Shown in pieces: positions 51,341 through 64,000 of a stretch of DNA of 64,000 nucleotides. The notes beneath the pieces are model-generated. The model was not told the DNA's origin and ran no database searches. It was given only the letters and a program-made list of their open reading frames with translations. The DNA comes from Macrostomum hystrix. Its lineage: Eukaryota; Animalia; Platyhelminthes. The position numbers and the translations under genes are program-made. Within the stretch, counting starts at the first letter, position 1. The number at the start of each line of letters is the position of its first letter. Location: NCBI GenBank assembly GCA_950097015.1, contig CATNEN010000039.1, forward strand, positions 9,300,001 to 9,364,000, in the 5' to 3' direction.

Positions 51341-52035
51341 GGCTCAAGGTTAACTCAAAAATAAATAAAAAATACTGCCCAAAACGAATTTTTATTTCAC
51401 TAAAAACTGTTACAAAAATGGCGCCAAGAAAAGAATTTTGAACAAACAAACACAAAGGAAACATGGCGTTTACAACACATGAAACCCGCATCAATTAAGG
51501 TCACACGAGTGGGTCCTAATCACGAATCTAGACGGAACAGACATGAAACTTGTCATCATTTTTTTAAAAATGATAATATAATATTTTAATAGACAAACTT
51601 AATTTATAACGAGCAATATACTAATATGACTTTTAGCAGAAGGCTAATGATTGGGTCAACTAGCATGAAATATGTATAAATGAATACAGCATAAATGTCT
51701 TACTTAATAAAGGTAATTGTCATCTCCGATTCATTGTCAAAACTTGTTCAATATCACACAGCAATACCTATTACATAAAAGGAACACATAAAAATGTATT
51801 TACTAAAATTTTTACCGAAAGAAATGAGGTAATGCGTTACTGCTTCACTTTTTCGTTGCTTTAATGCAAGTACTACTCATAAGTAGTTTGTGGTCCATCA
51901 TCCAAAAAACACTTTAAATGTTTACTTTTCTACTTAAAAGTAGAGTAGTTAGCATATGCTATGTTCTATTAAAATTGGACCGGATACTACTTACAGTAGG
52001 TAAAAAGATCGGTGTCGCACTGTCATTTGAAAGTG

Positions 52036-55000
52036 TCACTTCTGGAAGAACAGCGGCCTCGGAATGCGGCTGCCAGCGCCGCTGCCCATGGAGCTGTGCC
52101 GCGAGCGAGTCCCAGTGGCGCTGGTGCCGACCGAGCCCAGCTCGCTGAACACGCTGCCGCCGCCTTCGGAGAGCTCCGAATCGGCTCGACTCGGCGGACG
52201 AATTCGGCCAGCGACAGAGGCTGCGGGGGTTGGCAACAGGCTGCCCGGAGCCGCCGTCAGCGGCCGATATGACGGAGACAGCGCAGATGCGGCTGCTGAT
52301 GGAGACAACGGAGACTGATGCTGATGCTGATGCAGATGCTGCTGCTGCTGTTGTTGTTGCTGCTGCTGCGGCTGCTGCTGCCTGGGTCGTTTAGTAGTGA
52401 ATGCCGTCATGTTCTGGCTGACGTGATCCGCCAGAACGAACCGTTCGCGAAGCTCAACATTGGTGCGACCTTTGGCTGCAATGGCGGGAAATCGATCGAC
52501 GGCTTCTGTGGAAATCTGAGACAAATTCACAAAGTCCACTCACAAAATTAATTATGAAAACAACATGCCATGCAGAATTTTCAAACATACGAGTATATAG
52601 AATATGCACAACAACTTTCAGTAGACTGATCACTGATTACTACAAGTAGTATAGAGGAGAGAGAGTACACAGGACAACGATTAAAAAAGACACTCATTAC
52701 AGGCAATCTTTATATTCTACAGACGAACTAAATAATTTTTTTAGATTTAGGCGTAGCTGGGCCACATATGTACCGCTGTTCAGTCCGTGGACTAGAGAGA
52801 TCGCCGAGTTTACACATATTTTTACCCCCGCCGATGATAGATTCGAACTCCTGACCTTTTGATCACGGTACTTAACACTAATAGTTAATAATAATTATAG
52901 GAGGGCAGCTGGCAATGGCACATCATTCGGTGACACTGACAGCCAGCGAGGAGGCAATTCTGCCCATTCGGCTGGCTCATGAGCACACACGCACACAGAT
53001 ACTGTACTCAGGCACACGCTCACACAGGTGTGTAAATCTGCTCTGTCTGCTCATCGGCAGGCAGTGTACACTCTCATTGTGCCTTGGAGGTTGGCCCTCA
53101 AGGGCGTAAATTGCACGACAAGCCACCAAGCCTTCTCTCCGCGGCTGCGCCCCAAATAATGTGGCCTCGCCGCGGAATCGAACTTAGGGACCTTGGCGCG
53201 AGAGGCGAAAGCGTTAGACCGCTCTGCCACTCACCCCCTCACTGGTGCTTAGCTCTAGAATAATATTTTTATTAGTAGAATTTTAAAAGTTCCAAGTACA
53301 AACAGGCAGGCAGACAAGCAACACACGAAAGTAAATAGAAAGCTTTGCCACGAATAAGATACGATAGTAGAAACAGAAGAAATGTGCTTTCTGAAAATGC
53401 GAAAATCTTAAAATAGATTCTACAGTTTTTTCTTAGAATTACTTTGTTTGCAATCAAACTAAGCACAGATGTACAACACGAATAATCCAAAAGATAGTTG
53501 CTAGATAAATTTAGTTTCACAACAGCAACCACTGCTCAGGTTCTTACCCCGGCTGTCGCCAACGATCACAAAAGTGAATTGCATCTCTGGCGGTGGTGAG
53601 TGATGAAAGTTAGAAAAAAACGCATTTAGGCACAAAGCTAAGATTGATTCTACACCGCCTCTAACTTGCCATACTACTCACACGTGCTTCTCTGAGTAGT
53701 ATACTCGTATTTTTAGTAAGCATGCAGTTTTCAAATGACAAAAAAGCATTCAATTGCAACACTGGACGCAATTAAATTCGGTCATTCTGTTCGATGAAAA
53801 GTGCAATCTGTCAGCCGCAGTTACGCTGGCATGCAGTCGGGTTGTGTTGTCTTTCAAATAAACAATATTAACAGACCTGGAACAAGACGCTTTAACCTCG
53901 TGGGCACTTTTGCCATGCCTACTACAATGACCTTGAATACTGTCATTGCCACTGGAATATAAGGATTATATGTTACGTTACTAAGCCCGTATTTTCAGTT
54001 AATATATTATGTGCTCGAATAACAGTAACCTGCCTAACAGGAACTTAACTATCGAATAATAGTAAAAGTGCATCTAAAAATAGACTCTTTGCCTATGAAC
54101 AGCATGCAACTATTAGGCCTCTCAAACTGTATTTATTCTATTTGGAGTAATTAGTACTTATGGCTTACGAGCGCAAGTTTCCATGAATTCGTAGAATACC
54201 ACTGACGACATATGGGCTAGATGAGGCAAATGTTTTCATTTTCTTAGATTAGCAATAGAAAAATATGGAAATAAGACAAAAAAATATTGTTTCCATGCAT
54301 GTTTAAAATTTGTTTAAAATCGGAATATCTGTATTCCTTAGTTTTGGGTGTCCTCGATTTTTCACAATATGTCATGGATTCCAGTCAGTAAATATAACAA
54401 AAAAGGCCGGAAATTTTTCGCTACGTAATTTTAGTTTTATAGAAATATTTTGTAAATACAACTTGTAAATATAACGACAAAACCCGGAAATATATATTTT
54501 TTGTTTACGGCGTGCCTTTAAATTTTTAATTGCTTAAATTGTTTTTGTCAACAAATTTAAGAAAAAATAAAAGAAAATCGTAGTTTTTTATAATGAAATT
54601 TATGAAAGCAAAAACATTTTGTACGAGACTCACCTCTGCACGGATCATTTTTAACTAGAAATTCGTCCAAGGACTGCCAGCCGCCGCCGACGCGCACCAT
54701 GACGGTGCTGTGCAGGATGCGCACTAGCCGCAGCTTCTGGTTCTCGCCGAAACTGTATTTGCCGTCGCCGACTTTGCTAATTTTGTAGGGCCGATGGCAT
54801 GTGCAAGAGCTGGCCACTGTGCGGACTCTATCGTGAATTTTCTCGCCTTCTGTGGTTGGCTCCCGGGGTCGCCAGCCGGGCTTCAAAGCCGAGATAAACT
54901 CGCGATAGTCGATGAAGCCGTCGCCATTGAGGTCGAAATTATCGGCGACTTTTTCCATCTCAAGGCGAGAGGTGGGAAACTCTGCGGAAATACGGGCGGG

Positions 55001-58000
55001 GTGGGGCGGTGTTGACAAACATCTGAGGTAGTCAGCAAAATACTCCATGAGGTCAAACCTAACGTAGGGTAGTTTGATTCTGATCTAGGGTAGGTTGATT
55101 CTGATCTAGGGTAGGTTGATTCTGATCTAGGGTAGGTTGACCCTAATCTAGGGTAGGTTGATTCTAATCTAGGGTAGGTTGGTTCTGATCTAGGGTAGGT
55201 TGATTCTGATCTAGGGTAGTTTGATTCTGATCTAGGGTAGGTTGATTCTGATCTAGGGTAGGTTGATTCTGATCTAGGGTAGGTTGATTCTGATCTAGGG
55301 TAGTTTGATTCTGATCTAGGGTAGGTTGATTCTGAACTAGGGTAGGTTGACCCTAATCTAGGGTAGGTTGATTCTAATCTAGGGTAGGTTGGTTTTGATC
55401 TAGGGTAGGTTGATTCTGATCTAGGGTAGGTTGGTTTGATCTAGGGTAGGTTGGTTATGATCTAGGGTAGGTTGATTCTGATCTAGGGTAGGTTGATTCT
55501 GATCTAGGGTAGTTTGATTCTGATCTAGGGTAGTTTGATTCTGATCTAGGGTAGGTTGATTCTGATCTAGGGTAGTTTGATTCTGATCTAGGGTAGGTTG
55601 GTTTGATCTAGGGTAGGTTGGTTCTGATCTAGGGTAGGTTGATTCTGATCTAGGGTAGGTTGATTCTGATCTAGGGTAGGTTGATTCTGATCTAGGGTAG
55701 GTTGATTCTAATCTAGGGTAGGTTGGTTCTGATCTAGGGTAGGTTGATTCTGATCTAGGGTAGGTTGGTTTGATCTAGGGTAGGTTGATTCCGATCTAGG
55801 GTAGGTTGGTTTGATCTAGGGTAGGTTGGTTCTGATCTAGGGTAGGTTGATTCTGATCTAGGGTAGGTTAATTCGGATCTATGTTAGTCTAAAGAGGATC
55901 AGAAACTGAAGCTAGTCTTGGGTAGATTAGGGTTGCTATGATACGAAATCTTTGGCTGATAATAATAAGGCTAAAATCGAAAGATTTGCAAGTAGCACCG
56001 AAACACAAATTAAACAAGAAACAGAAGTGAAAGAAACTATTCCTGGTCCAGACCACCATTTTATAAGAAAGCAACAATGAATTAAGGTCGAATTCTGATA
56101 AAATCTCTTAATTAAGTTCTTACTAGAAGGTCTTCGACGGAGCAGCACTGACAGAGGATGTGACACAAATTGAGCTGATAAAAATCATTAACAGCAGAAG
56201 GAGCAAGCTATTTCCCCCCTCCCCTGGGGACCACGGGGCAGTTCTAATACCCACTGCCTATTTCACAATAGCTCCCAAACCAATGATTGATTTTCGTGAA
56301 AGTCTAGAAACAACATTTTCCGCCTATTACGATGATTTTCCAAGCTGTACGAGCCAGCACCGTCGAGATATTCAGCGATTCTAACAACAACTAACATTAA
56401 TCTGTTAAAACCTCTATGGCGAATCCTAATGGTTCCAAATAAGAAAAATTGACAATACAATCAATCCAAAATAGTCAACAATGATAGCCGACATGATTTA
56501 CATTATGACATTTTGTTAGTATAATATTTTCCCAATTTTTGTGGTTTTTTGCCACCAGACACCCCAACTAGAATCGTTGAACATCTCGCTGATGCCGATG
56601 CATTGTGATTCTGGAAGTAGTTTCAACGGACAAAACTTTTTTGTTTTGTTTTGTTCTGAGGAGATACAGAAAAAATGATGTGGGCATTTGAAATGCCCAC
56701 CCGTAGTCTGACTGTTTGAGCACTGCTTTGATTTAACAAAAAGTTGAAAATATTTTAGAACTCACTGGAGTTAACAACACCCTCAACAAAGTCCTTGCGG
56801 CTCAATTGTCCATCCCTGTCGGTGTCGAGTTTTCTAAAGAAGTCCTTCACGTTGAACCTGCCGGCGCTCATCCATTCGTTGTAGCGTTTTAGCCAGTCGG
56901 CGAAGTCAAACGACTTCAGGCGATTTACCTGCGGGCAGAGGGGATCAGAGTTGATCAATTTAAAAAATTGGGATAGACAATTAAAACAAATAATGAGGAT
57001 TCAAAATCAATCCTTCTAATTTTTAGGTTCTTAGAAGACGAATAGGATGACAAAAAGGTCTTTGTTTGATCTGTCTAATGTTTTAATTACAACTTCCCCA
57101 ATTGGGTAGGTTATTCAGTCCATGGACTGGGGGACGCCACACCTACCTTAATTACCCCTGATGATGCTGCTACCCATTTTAGAGCTGGGTGAACTGAAGC
57201 AATGTAGAGTTCAATGTCTTAAGGACACACATTGTTCCAGTGGAGTCGGGAATCGAACCCCCGACCTTTAAGAGTGAGACCCACGCCTATAAACCTCTAG
57301 GCAACAACCCCATTTCTAGGCAAAATGCCCCTACATAGATAAATAGAGGTCACACGTAGCTCAGGAATGTGCCAGATGTACAGTCTAAGCAAAAGCTGCG
57401 TACATCTGTTCAGTCCATGGACGTAAATTTTGAACCCAGCTAATGCTGGCATCCATTTCACAGCTGGGTAAACTGAGAAAAAAGGTTTTCAATTGAACTA
57501 AGGTTCTCTAGTAAATCAAGCAGCGGTGCTATAAGAACATCGAAGCTCCTTTTGTGAATTTAAATTTCAGTTTTAAATCCGCGCGATAGTTTATCAGCAT
57601 GGTAAAACAACAATTATTGGAGAAATAATCAAGACTACTCAACACAAAAGTAACAAAAGGTGCGAAACAGCCTTATTGCCCGTCAGATTATTACGGAAAA
57701 TAAAAAAATCACTTTCTATAGCCATTGCAGCTAATGAGAGGCAACAAATAGAACACAAACACAACATGATATGATACAGGGGCTAATTAATAAAATATTT
57801 CCTATATCTGATTAAAATAGAAAAAGGTAATTTCGTTTACCAAAAGCTCCTCAGGAATTGATGACAGCTATAGGAAAAATAGAAATAAATGCAAAATTTT
57901 AATTACCTGCTCAAGTTTAGGGATCTGGGGTTACTGACTGCTCGAAACAGGCATCTGGGATCAGCAACTTACTTAATTTACGGATCTGGGACTAGTGACT

Positions 58001-61000
58001 GCTCAACTTGGGGATTTTAAACTAGTGACTGCTCAACTTGGGGATTTGAAACTAGTGACTGCTCAACTTGGGGATTTGAAACTAGTGACTGCTCAACTTG
58101 GGGATTTTAAACTAGTGACTGCTCAACTTGGGGATTTGAAACTAGTGACTGCTCAACTTTGGGATTTGAAACTAGTGACTGCTCAACTTTGGGATTTGAA
58201 ACTAGTGACTGCTCAACTTTGGGATTTGAGACTAGTGACTGCTCAACTTTGGGATTTGAGACTAGTGACTACTTAAATTTGGGATTTGAGACTAGTGACT
58301 GCTCAAATTTGGGATTTGAAACTAGTGACTGCTCAAATTTGGGATTTGAAACTAGTGACTGCTCAAATTTGGGATTTGAGACTAGTTGATTGCTCAACTT
58401 AAGGAACATCGACAACCAAAAGAAGTGGCAGTACCTCGCCAACGTAGCTCAGCGCATCCTCCAGCCGCTGTCTCCTGTCCAGGGTGGCCAGCCAGACCCG
58501 TCGCCAACGGGAAGCCAGCGAGTTGACAGCCGGATCTCGATAGCCCATCGAAGTCGGCCCGGCGGTCGCTACTTCCTCCCGCTGGTTCTGACGGCGACCG
58601 TCTCGATCGCGACTGCCGCTGGCGCCGCGCTGGCTGGATTCTCTACTGGGGTAGCGGAATCGGCGACGCCCGCCCGAGGCGGCTCCGCGCGGAGACGCTT
58701 CAGCGGCCGCCGATTGTGAGGTCGTAGGCAGCGGGCTGCGCTTGGCGTTCTCCACAACGGCCTGATAGTCGGGCTGGCGAGATTCCACATCGGTCTCGAA
58801 CTGGGTGAGGTCCCTAAGCATCTCCTGAGCCTGCTCCGAGTCGGCCGGCGGCGGCTTGGCTTCGGCGGATTCCAGAGCGGCCTCGGCACCGTCAAGCCAG
58901 CCAAGGAGATCCTCCAATAGGCGACGCCGGCGCTCAGCGGCCAGACGAGAGTCGGCCAGCTTGGCGCCCCGCTTGGTTGACAGGTCGAACAGCTCGTCCC
59001 AGCGGCGCTGGAGAATGCCGGACCATTTTCTGACCGGCGGCCGGCCGTCTGGATGCGCCGTGGCGATGATCTCGGCGGCCAACTGAAGGGCGCCGTCCAG
59101 CAGCGGTCGCTGACTGGTCAGGCCCTCGTGGAAGCTGGCGTGCTCCGCAATCAGGCGATCGTGAGCTTCAACAGCATCGTCTTCGGGCGGAGCGCCGAGG
59201 GCTGCCAGCTTCTGCTCTGCGCCGGTGAACAGCGTCAGCAGGCTGCGGGCAGCGCTGGCGAACCGCTCCGCCTTGTCCCTGGCCTCGTCCAGTTTGGCTC
59301 GCCGATCCTGGCTCAGCTGGTTGATCCGATTCCACAATGTCTGGAGGTCCACCAGCTGCTCCTGGACTCTTGAAGAATCTTCTTCGCTGCGGCTGACCAG
59401 CTCGGCGGCTGATTGGCGAATTTTGTCGACAGTCTCAGCTTTGCGCTCCAGCTCCTGCTCAAATAGGCGGTGCTGATCGGACAGGTGGCCGACGGTGTCC
59501 GAGTCGCCGCCGACTGGGATGTCCGCGGACAGGAGCGGCTCCGCTCGGTTCAGCCAGTCCAGCAGGGCTCGCATGGCGTCAGTGTAGCGGCCTGAGGGCG
59601 GCGCGGGTTGGGCGATTCAAATATTTGCTGGGCCGGGTTCACAGTCTGCTGGCACAGCTGCAGCGCTTTCAAAGACTGCGCTCAGCTGCTGATCTGTCCA
59701 TGGACTGTGGAAACCGCCAAAACTACCTACCCAAGGTGGGTTACCAAAATTTCTACCCAAGCTAATGCTTGTACCCATTTTACGGCAGGATCATTAGGCA
59801 ATGAGCCGGATCATTGGGATATGAGCAGGAATCATTAGTCAATGAGCAAGATCTATGAGCAAGATCATTAGTCTATGAGCATAATCATTGGTCTATGAGC
59901 AGGAACATTAGGCAATGAGCAGGATCATTAAAATATAAGCAAGAGCATTGGGCCATGAGCAGGAACATTAGGCCATGAGCAGGAACATAAAAAACCGGCG
60001 CAGGCAAGTAAGATAAGCAGACTAACCCGAGCAAGTCAAAGCGTCGCCAAGTGCTCGCTCCCGCTTGATGGCCTTGTCGCAGAGCTCCTTCCAGGCGTGC
60101 TTCAGGTCGTTGAGCATGGAGGTCAGCTCGGCCTGGTCGCTCTCGGGGGCGCGCTCCTTCAACGACCAGCCGAACCGTCTGGCCGCGTCGAATTTGGCGT
60201 TCTTGTCAGCCAGGGCGCGCTGAAACTCGGCGTGCTTAGCCAGCTGTTCGTTCAACCGATCCGAGTCCAGCGCCACAGACTGAGCAGTCTCATCTAGAGC
60301 GGCTGTCTGCTCCCGGATCCAACTGGTCAAGTCAGTCCACATGGCCAAGAAGCGATTGGCCTCCTTATGTCCGAGCCCCAGCTGGCGGGTGCGCTCCGAG
60401 GATTTCGACACCAGCTTGTCCCAGCGATGGCGCACGCTGGTTAGCAGGTTGCGGATTAGCACAACGTCCTGGAAGGGAAAGGGTAGGTGCACTCTTGTCC
60501 TTTGAGGTGTCACTCTCTTCCTCTCGATCTGTCACTCCACCCTTCTCGATCTGTCACTCCATTCTTCTCGATCTGTCACTCCATTTTTCTCGATCTTTCA
60601 CTCCACCCTTCTCGATCTGTCACTCCGTCCATCTCGATCTGTCACTCCATTCTTCTCGATCTGTCACTCTGTCAGCGGGCAGCACTACCAGCCTCACCTG
60701 GCGCTGACTGAAGTATTTCAAATGAGTGCCGGTCTGCTCGAGCTTGACCACCTGCTCTCGGTGGGCGGCGATGTCGGATTTGAGCTGGGAATGCTCGCCA
60801 ATCTGCCTATCAACTGTGCCAACAATGCGGGACACCGGCAGCTGGGCAGTCAGGAGTCTCTCGGTGAGGGTCAGCCAGCCGATGAGGCGGGCCAGCTCCG
60901 AGTGGAACTCCGTCACTGTGACCATGGCCTGCTCAAGCTGGGTGCGCCTGTCCTCGGATCGTTTGCCGATTTCGATCCAGCGCGATTCCAGCGCGGCCAG

Positions 61001-62092
61001 CTCAGCCCGGATTCGCCCGGCTGCCTGAGGAGCGGCGCGAGCCGCCAGGGATTCGCCGGACGAGCGCAGCGACTGCAAGCGGGCTTGCAGAGCGGGAAAT
61101 GTGGCCGCGAGCTCGTTGAATCTGGTAAGAGATTCGAGTTCGGGATGTCTTTGTGTTAAAATGTGGTGATTTTATTTGAGTCCAACTGCTTAAGTATCAG
61201 GTGCGTCTTAGAAGGTATCCTAGTTAATTTTACGGCCAACTGCATTCATTCATTCAGAGTGTACTAAGAAAGTGCAGATTTTCTTAGAAAGTTAAGATTT
61301 TCTAAGAAATTTTAGATTTTATAAGAAATCTGACTTTCTTTAACTTTAAAAGTATTTTGAAAAAAGTTGATGTTTATGAAAATTTTCCAGTTTCTAGGAA
61401 AATTCAGTGATTCTAAAAACTTCCGATTTTCTAAGAAGGCTCAGATTTACTAAGAAAGTTTAGGAGAATTTTAAAAAGAATTTTCTAAAAAAATCTGAGT
61501 TTCTAGGAAAATTCTGTGCTTCTAAGAACGTTCAAATTTTCAAAGAAGGTTAGAACAGTTTAAAAGAAAGTTTAAATGATTTTGTAGTAAAGTTCAGATT
61601 TTCTAAAAATAGCTTAGATTTCTTAAACACTTCTAAAAGTGTTTTTTTATGAATGCGCCTGAGACATGTGCTTTTTAGCCACCTGTAAACATTCGTATTA
61701 AATGTTATAATGTCAGGTGTGTTCTAATTAAGCTGTTATATAGTCAGTGTTCTGAGAGTTTAGGCAAACCTGTTGAGCTGATGCCTGGCAGAATCAGGCA
61801 GGCCGCCCAGCGGTTTGGCGCCAGCTAATTGGGCGTCGACCACAGCTAGAGCGCCCTGAGCATCCTGCAGCTCCGTGCCATAGACGACTGCCTCTCTGAG
61901 GGCCCTCTCCAGGGCCAGCTGCTTGTCCCTGGCCGTTGCCAGTAGCCGACTCCAGCGATCCTTGAGATCGTAGAGTCGGCGGCGCGTGTCCTCGGCTGCC
62001 CGCGGGTCCTCCTCTGAGCGCAGCAGCTGAGTACCGTTCTCTTCCACTTTGAGTACAGAGTCGCGGTGGGTGGCCATGTCGCATTGGATCAT
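52036..62092 (-). CDS. Spectraplakin (MACF1/dystonin/short stop), 3' part: spectrin repeats, EF-hands, GAR (GAS2) domain, SxIP tail; 5' end outside the window
   Basis: Spectrin repeats (GGLPDSARHQL, LKYFSQRQDVVLIRNLL, WRRVWL), EF-hands DTDRDGQLSRKDF and DLNGDGFIDYREF, GAR KLRLVRILHSTVMVRVGGGWQSLDEFLVKNDPCR, AKGRTNVELRE, C-terminal SRIP. Exons 62092-61770, 61121-60698, 60468-60027, 59591-58435, 56928-56766, 54981-54634, (53586-53548 optional), 52475-52036. Confidence 0.93.
52890..53240 (-). mobile_element. SINE family B, near full-length, adjacent to a family A fragment (~52750-52880)
   Basis: Reverse complement of the 41308-41652 copy. Confidence 0.8.
55065..55870. repeat. 21-bp minisatellite (CTAGGGTAGGTTGATTCTGAT), ~38 units
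   Basis: Directly visible in a spectraplakin intron. Confidence 0.95.
56229..56708. mobile_element. MITE family C
   Basis: Left gaccacggggca, right gtgggcatttgaaatgcccacccgtagt, shared internal blocks. Confidence 0.75.
57095..57478 (-). mobile_element. CORE-like SINE family A (one copy plus a partial second copy)
   Basis: cagtccatggactg, cccattttagagctgggtgaactgaagcaat, gggaatcgaaccccc. Confidence 0.75.
57990..58400. repeat. 30-bp tandem repeat (ACTAGTGACTGCTCAACTTGGGGATTTGAA) x~13
   Basis: Directly visible. Confidence 0.95.
59800..59990. repeat. ~21-bp degenerate tandem repeat (ATGAGCAGGAACATTAGGCC)
   Basis: Directly visible. Confidence 0.8.
60510..60670. repeat. ~22-bp tandem repeat (TTCTCGATCTGTCACTCCA..)
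   Basis: Directly visible. Confidence 0.85.
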
Positions 62093-62109
62093 CTGATGAG
62101 TTGTGATTG

Positions 62110-63310
62110 TGGAATTGTTGCAACCTCCGTCTGACCGTTTCTAATGGGATTGTTGCAACCCCCGTCTGACACTTTCTAATTGAATTGTTGCAACCTCAGT
62201 CTGACACTTTCTAATTGGCTTGTTGCAACCTCCATCTGACACTTTCTAATTGGATTGTTGCAACCCCTGTCTGACAGTTTCTAATTGAATTGTTGCAACC
62301 TCCGACTGATAGTTTCTAATGGAACTGTTGCAACCTCCGCCTGACAGTTTCTAATGGGATTGTTGCAACCTCCGCCTGACAGTTTCTAATGGGATTGTTG
62401 CAACCTCCGCCTGACAGTTTCTAATGGGATTGTTGCAACCTCCGCCTGACAGTTTCTAATGGGATTGTTGCAACCTCCGCCTGACAGTTTCTAATGGGAT
62501 TGTTGCAACCTCCGCCTGACAGTTTCTAATGGGATTGTTGCAACCTTCGCCTGACAGTTTCTAATGGAATTGTTGCAACCTCCGTCTGACACTTTCTAAT
62601 TGAATTGTTGCAACCCCCGTCTGACACTTTCTAATTGAATTGTTGCAACCTCCGTCTGACACTTTCTAATTGAATTGTTGCAACCTCCGTCTGACACTTT
62701 CTAATTGAATTGTTGCAACCTCAGTCTGACACTTTCTAATTGGCTTGTTGCAACCTCCATCTGACACTTTCTAATTGGATTGTTGCAACCCCTGTCTGAC
62801 AGTTTCTAATTGAATTGTTGCAACCTCCGACTGATAGTTTCTAATGGAACTGTTGCAACCTCCGCCTGACAGTTTCTAATGGGATTGTTGCAACCTCCGC
62901 CTGACAGTTTCTAATGGGATTGTTGCAACCTCCGCCTGACAGTTTCTAATGGGATTGTTGCAACCTCCGCCTGACAGTTTCTAATGGGATTGTTGCAACC
63001 TTCGCCTGACAGTTTCTAATGGGATTGTTGCAACCTTCGCCTGACAGTTTCTAATGGGATTATTGCAACCTTCGCCTGACAGTTTCTAATGGGATTGTTG
63101 CAACCGACTGACAGTTTCTAATGGGATTGTTGCAATTTCCGTCTGACACTTTCTAATTGGATTGTTGCAACCCCCGTCTGACAGTTTCTAATGGGATTGT
63201 TGCAACCTTCGCCTGACACTTTCTAATTGGATTGTTGCAACCTTCGCCTGACAGTTTCTAATGGATTTGTTGCAATTTCCGTCTGACACTTTCTAATGAT
63301 GTTTTGCAAC
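62110..63310. repeat. 35/36-bp minisatellite (GTTGCAACCTCCGCCTGACAGTTTCTAATGGGATT), ~33 units
   Basis: Directly visible, abuts a spectraplakin acceptor. Confidence 0.95.
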
Positions 63311-63582
63311 TTGGTTTGATGTTCTATTTGAAAGAATTTTAGAGTAACATAAACCATGATTAACAAACAAAAAAATACTTAGGAAAAGTACTTTTTAAAT
63401 AAACCAAGACACCAAACAGAGGTTAAAGAGCGAAAATAACTGTACGACTACCTTTAGCGAGAAGTCGTTTAAACAGCGGGAAAATTCAACTCGCACAATA
63501 GCAATCTGTGAGAGATTTCAGACAGTGTTTAAGTAAGGTATTTTACAGATTCTTATAGATAATTAAAGGTAAAAAATAACCG

Positions 63583-63692
63583 ATTACACCTGCCCTGATT
63601 AGGACAGCAGAGCCACACGATTGCGCGACGCATCTAAAGGCTGCGTACGGCTGTTCAGTCCATGGACTGGGGGGAGGACGCCACACCCTACT
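63583..63692 (-). mobile_element. SINE family A 3' fragment
   Basis: gcatctaaaggctgcgtacggctgttcagtccatggactgggg. Confidence 0.7.
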
Positions 63693-64000
63693 GCCTACTT
63701 CCCGATAGCTCCCAAACCGAATGACAGATAGTCGTGAAAGTGCCACCATGTGGATCTAAATTGATCGTCCTTTACGATAAAAATAACTTTCTTAGCCGTC
63801 CGACGTCAGCATCGTCGAGATATTCAGCAGTTCTTGTCGAACGCCCTGGTGACAAGGACAACTAACACTGTTCTGCACAAGCCTCTATGATAGCCGACAT
63901 GAGTACGAGCGTACATGACGCATTTTTTGAGCAGAAAAATTATGCCTATATTGATAGTTTATGCCAACGGAAACCCTGATGAGAATCGTTGAATATCTCG
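63693..64000. mobile_element. MITE family C (runs off the window)
   Basis: gctcccaaaccgaatgac, gccgtccgacgtcagcatcgtcgagatattcagc, gagaatcgttgaatatctcg. Confidence 0.7.

Noticed and set aside
55065-55870. Interstitial telomeric repeat
   Set aside because: Unit is a 21-mer containing CTAGGG, not (TTAGGG)n
57990-63310. Regular 30-36 bp repeat arrays resembling CRISPR
   Set aside because: Head-to-tail tandem units with no unique spacers, eukaryotic introns, no cas genes

Overview
Eukaryotic (animal) genomic DNA, not prokaryotic: intron-rich GT-AG genes with GC-rich, polyQ/polyA-containing exons, introns packed with private minisatellites, tRNA-derived SINEs, MITEs and a decayed Tc1/IS630-type transposon. 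The composition resembles a free-living flatworm such as Macrostomum (inference only). Genes reconstructed by hand: USP40-like deubiquitinase (+), intronless class A GPCR (-), HSPBAP1-like JmjC protein (+), MFSD6-like transporter (-), PRORSD1/ProXp-ala trans-editing protein (-), FAAP100-like protein (-), selenoprotein N (-), BOK-like Bcl-2 protein (+), AAGAB/p34 (-) and the 3' end of a spectraplakin (MACF1/dystonin/shot) (-). Most notable is a complete selenocysteine recoding system that the ORF track misses: an in-frame TGA in the SelN motif DDQSC-U-GSGR (37609-37611), a perfect 14-bp hairpin starting 5 nt after it (SRE-like), and a type II SECIS in the 3' UTR (~35645-35718). Also notable: two genes whose first coding exon has no ATG but starts in phase 0 at a splice acceptor (compatible with an AUG donated by spliced-leader trans-splicing and with operon-like organisation), and a CCAAT-rich bidirectional promoter shared by SelN and a BH3-degenerate BOK-like gene. 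All homology calls come from motif recognition; no database search was run.
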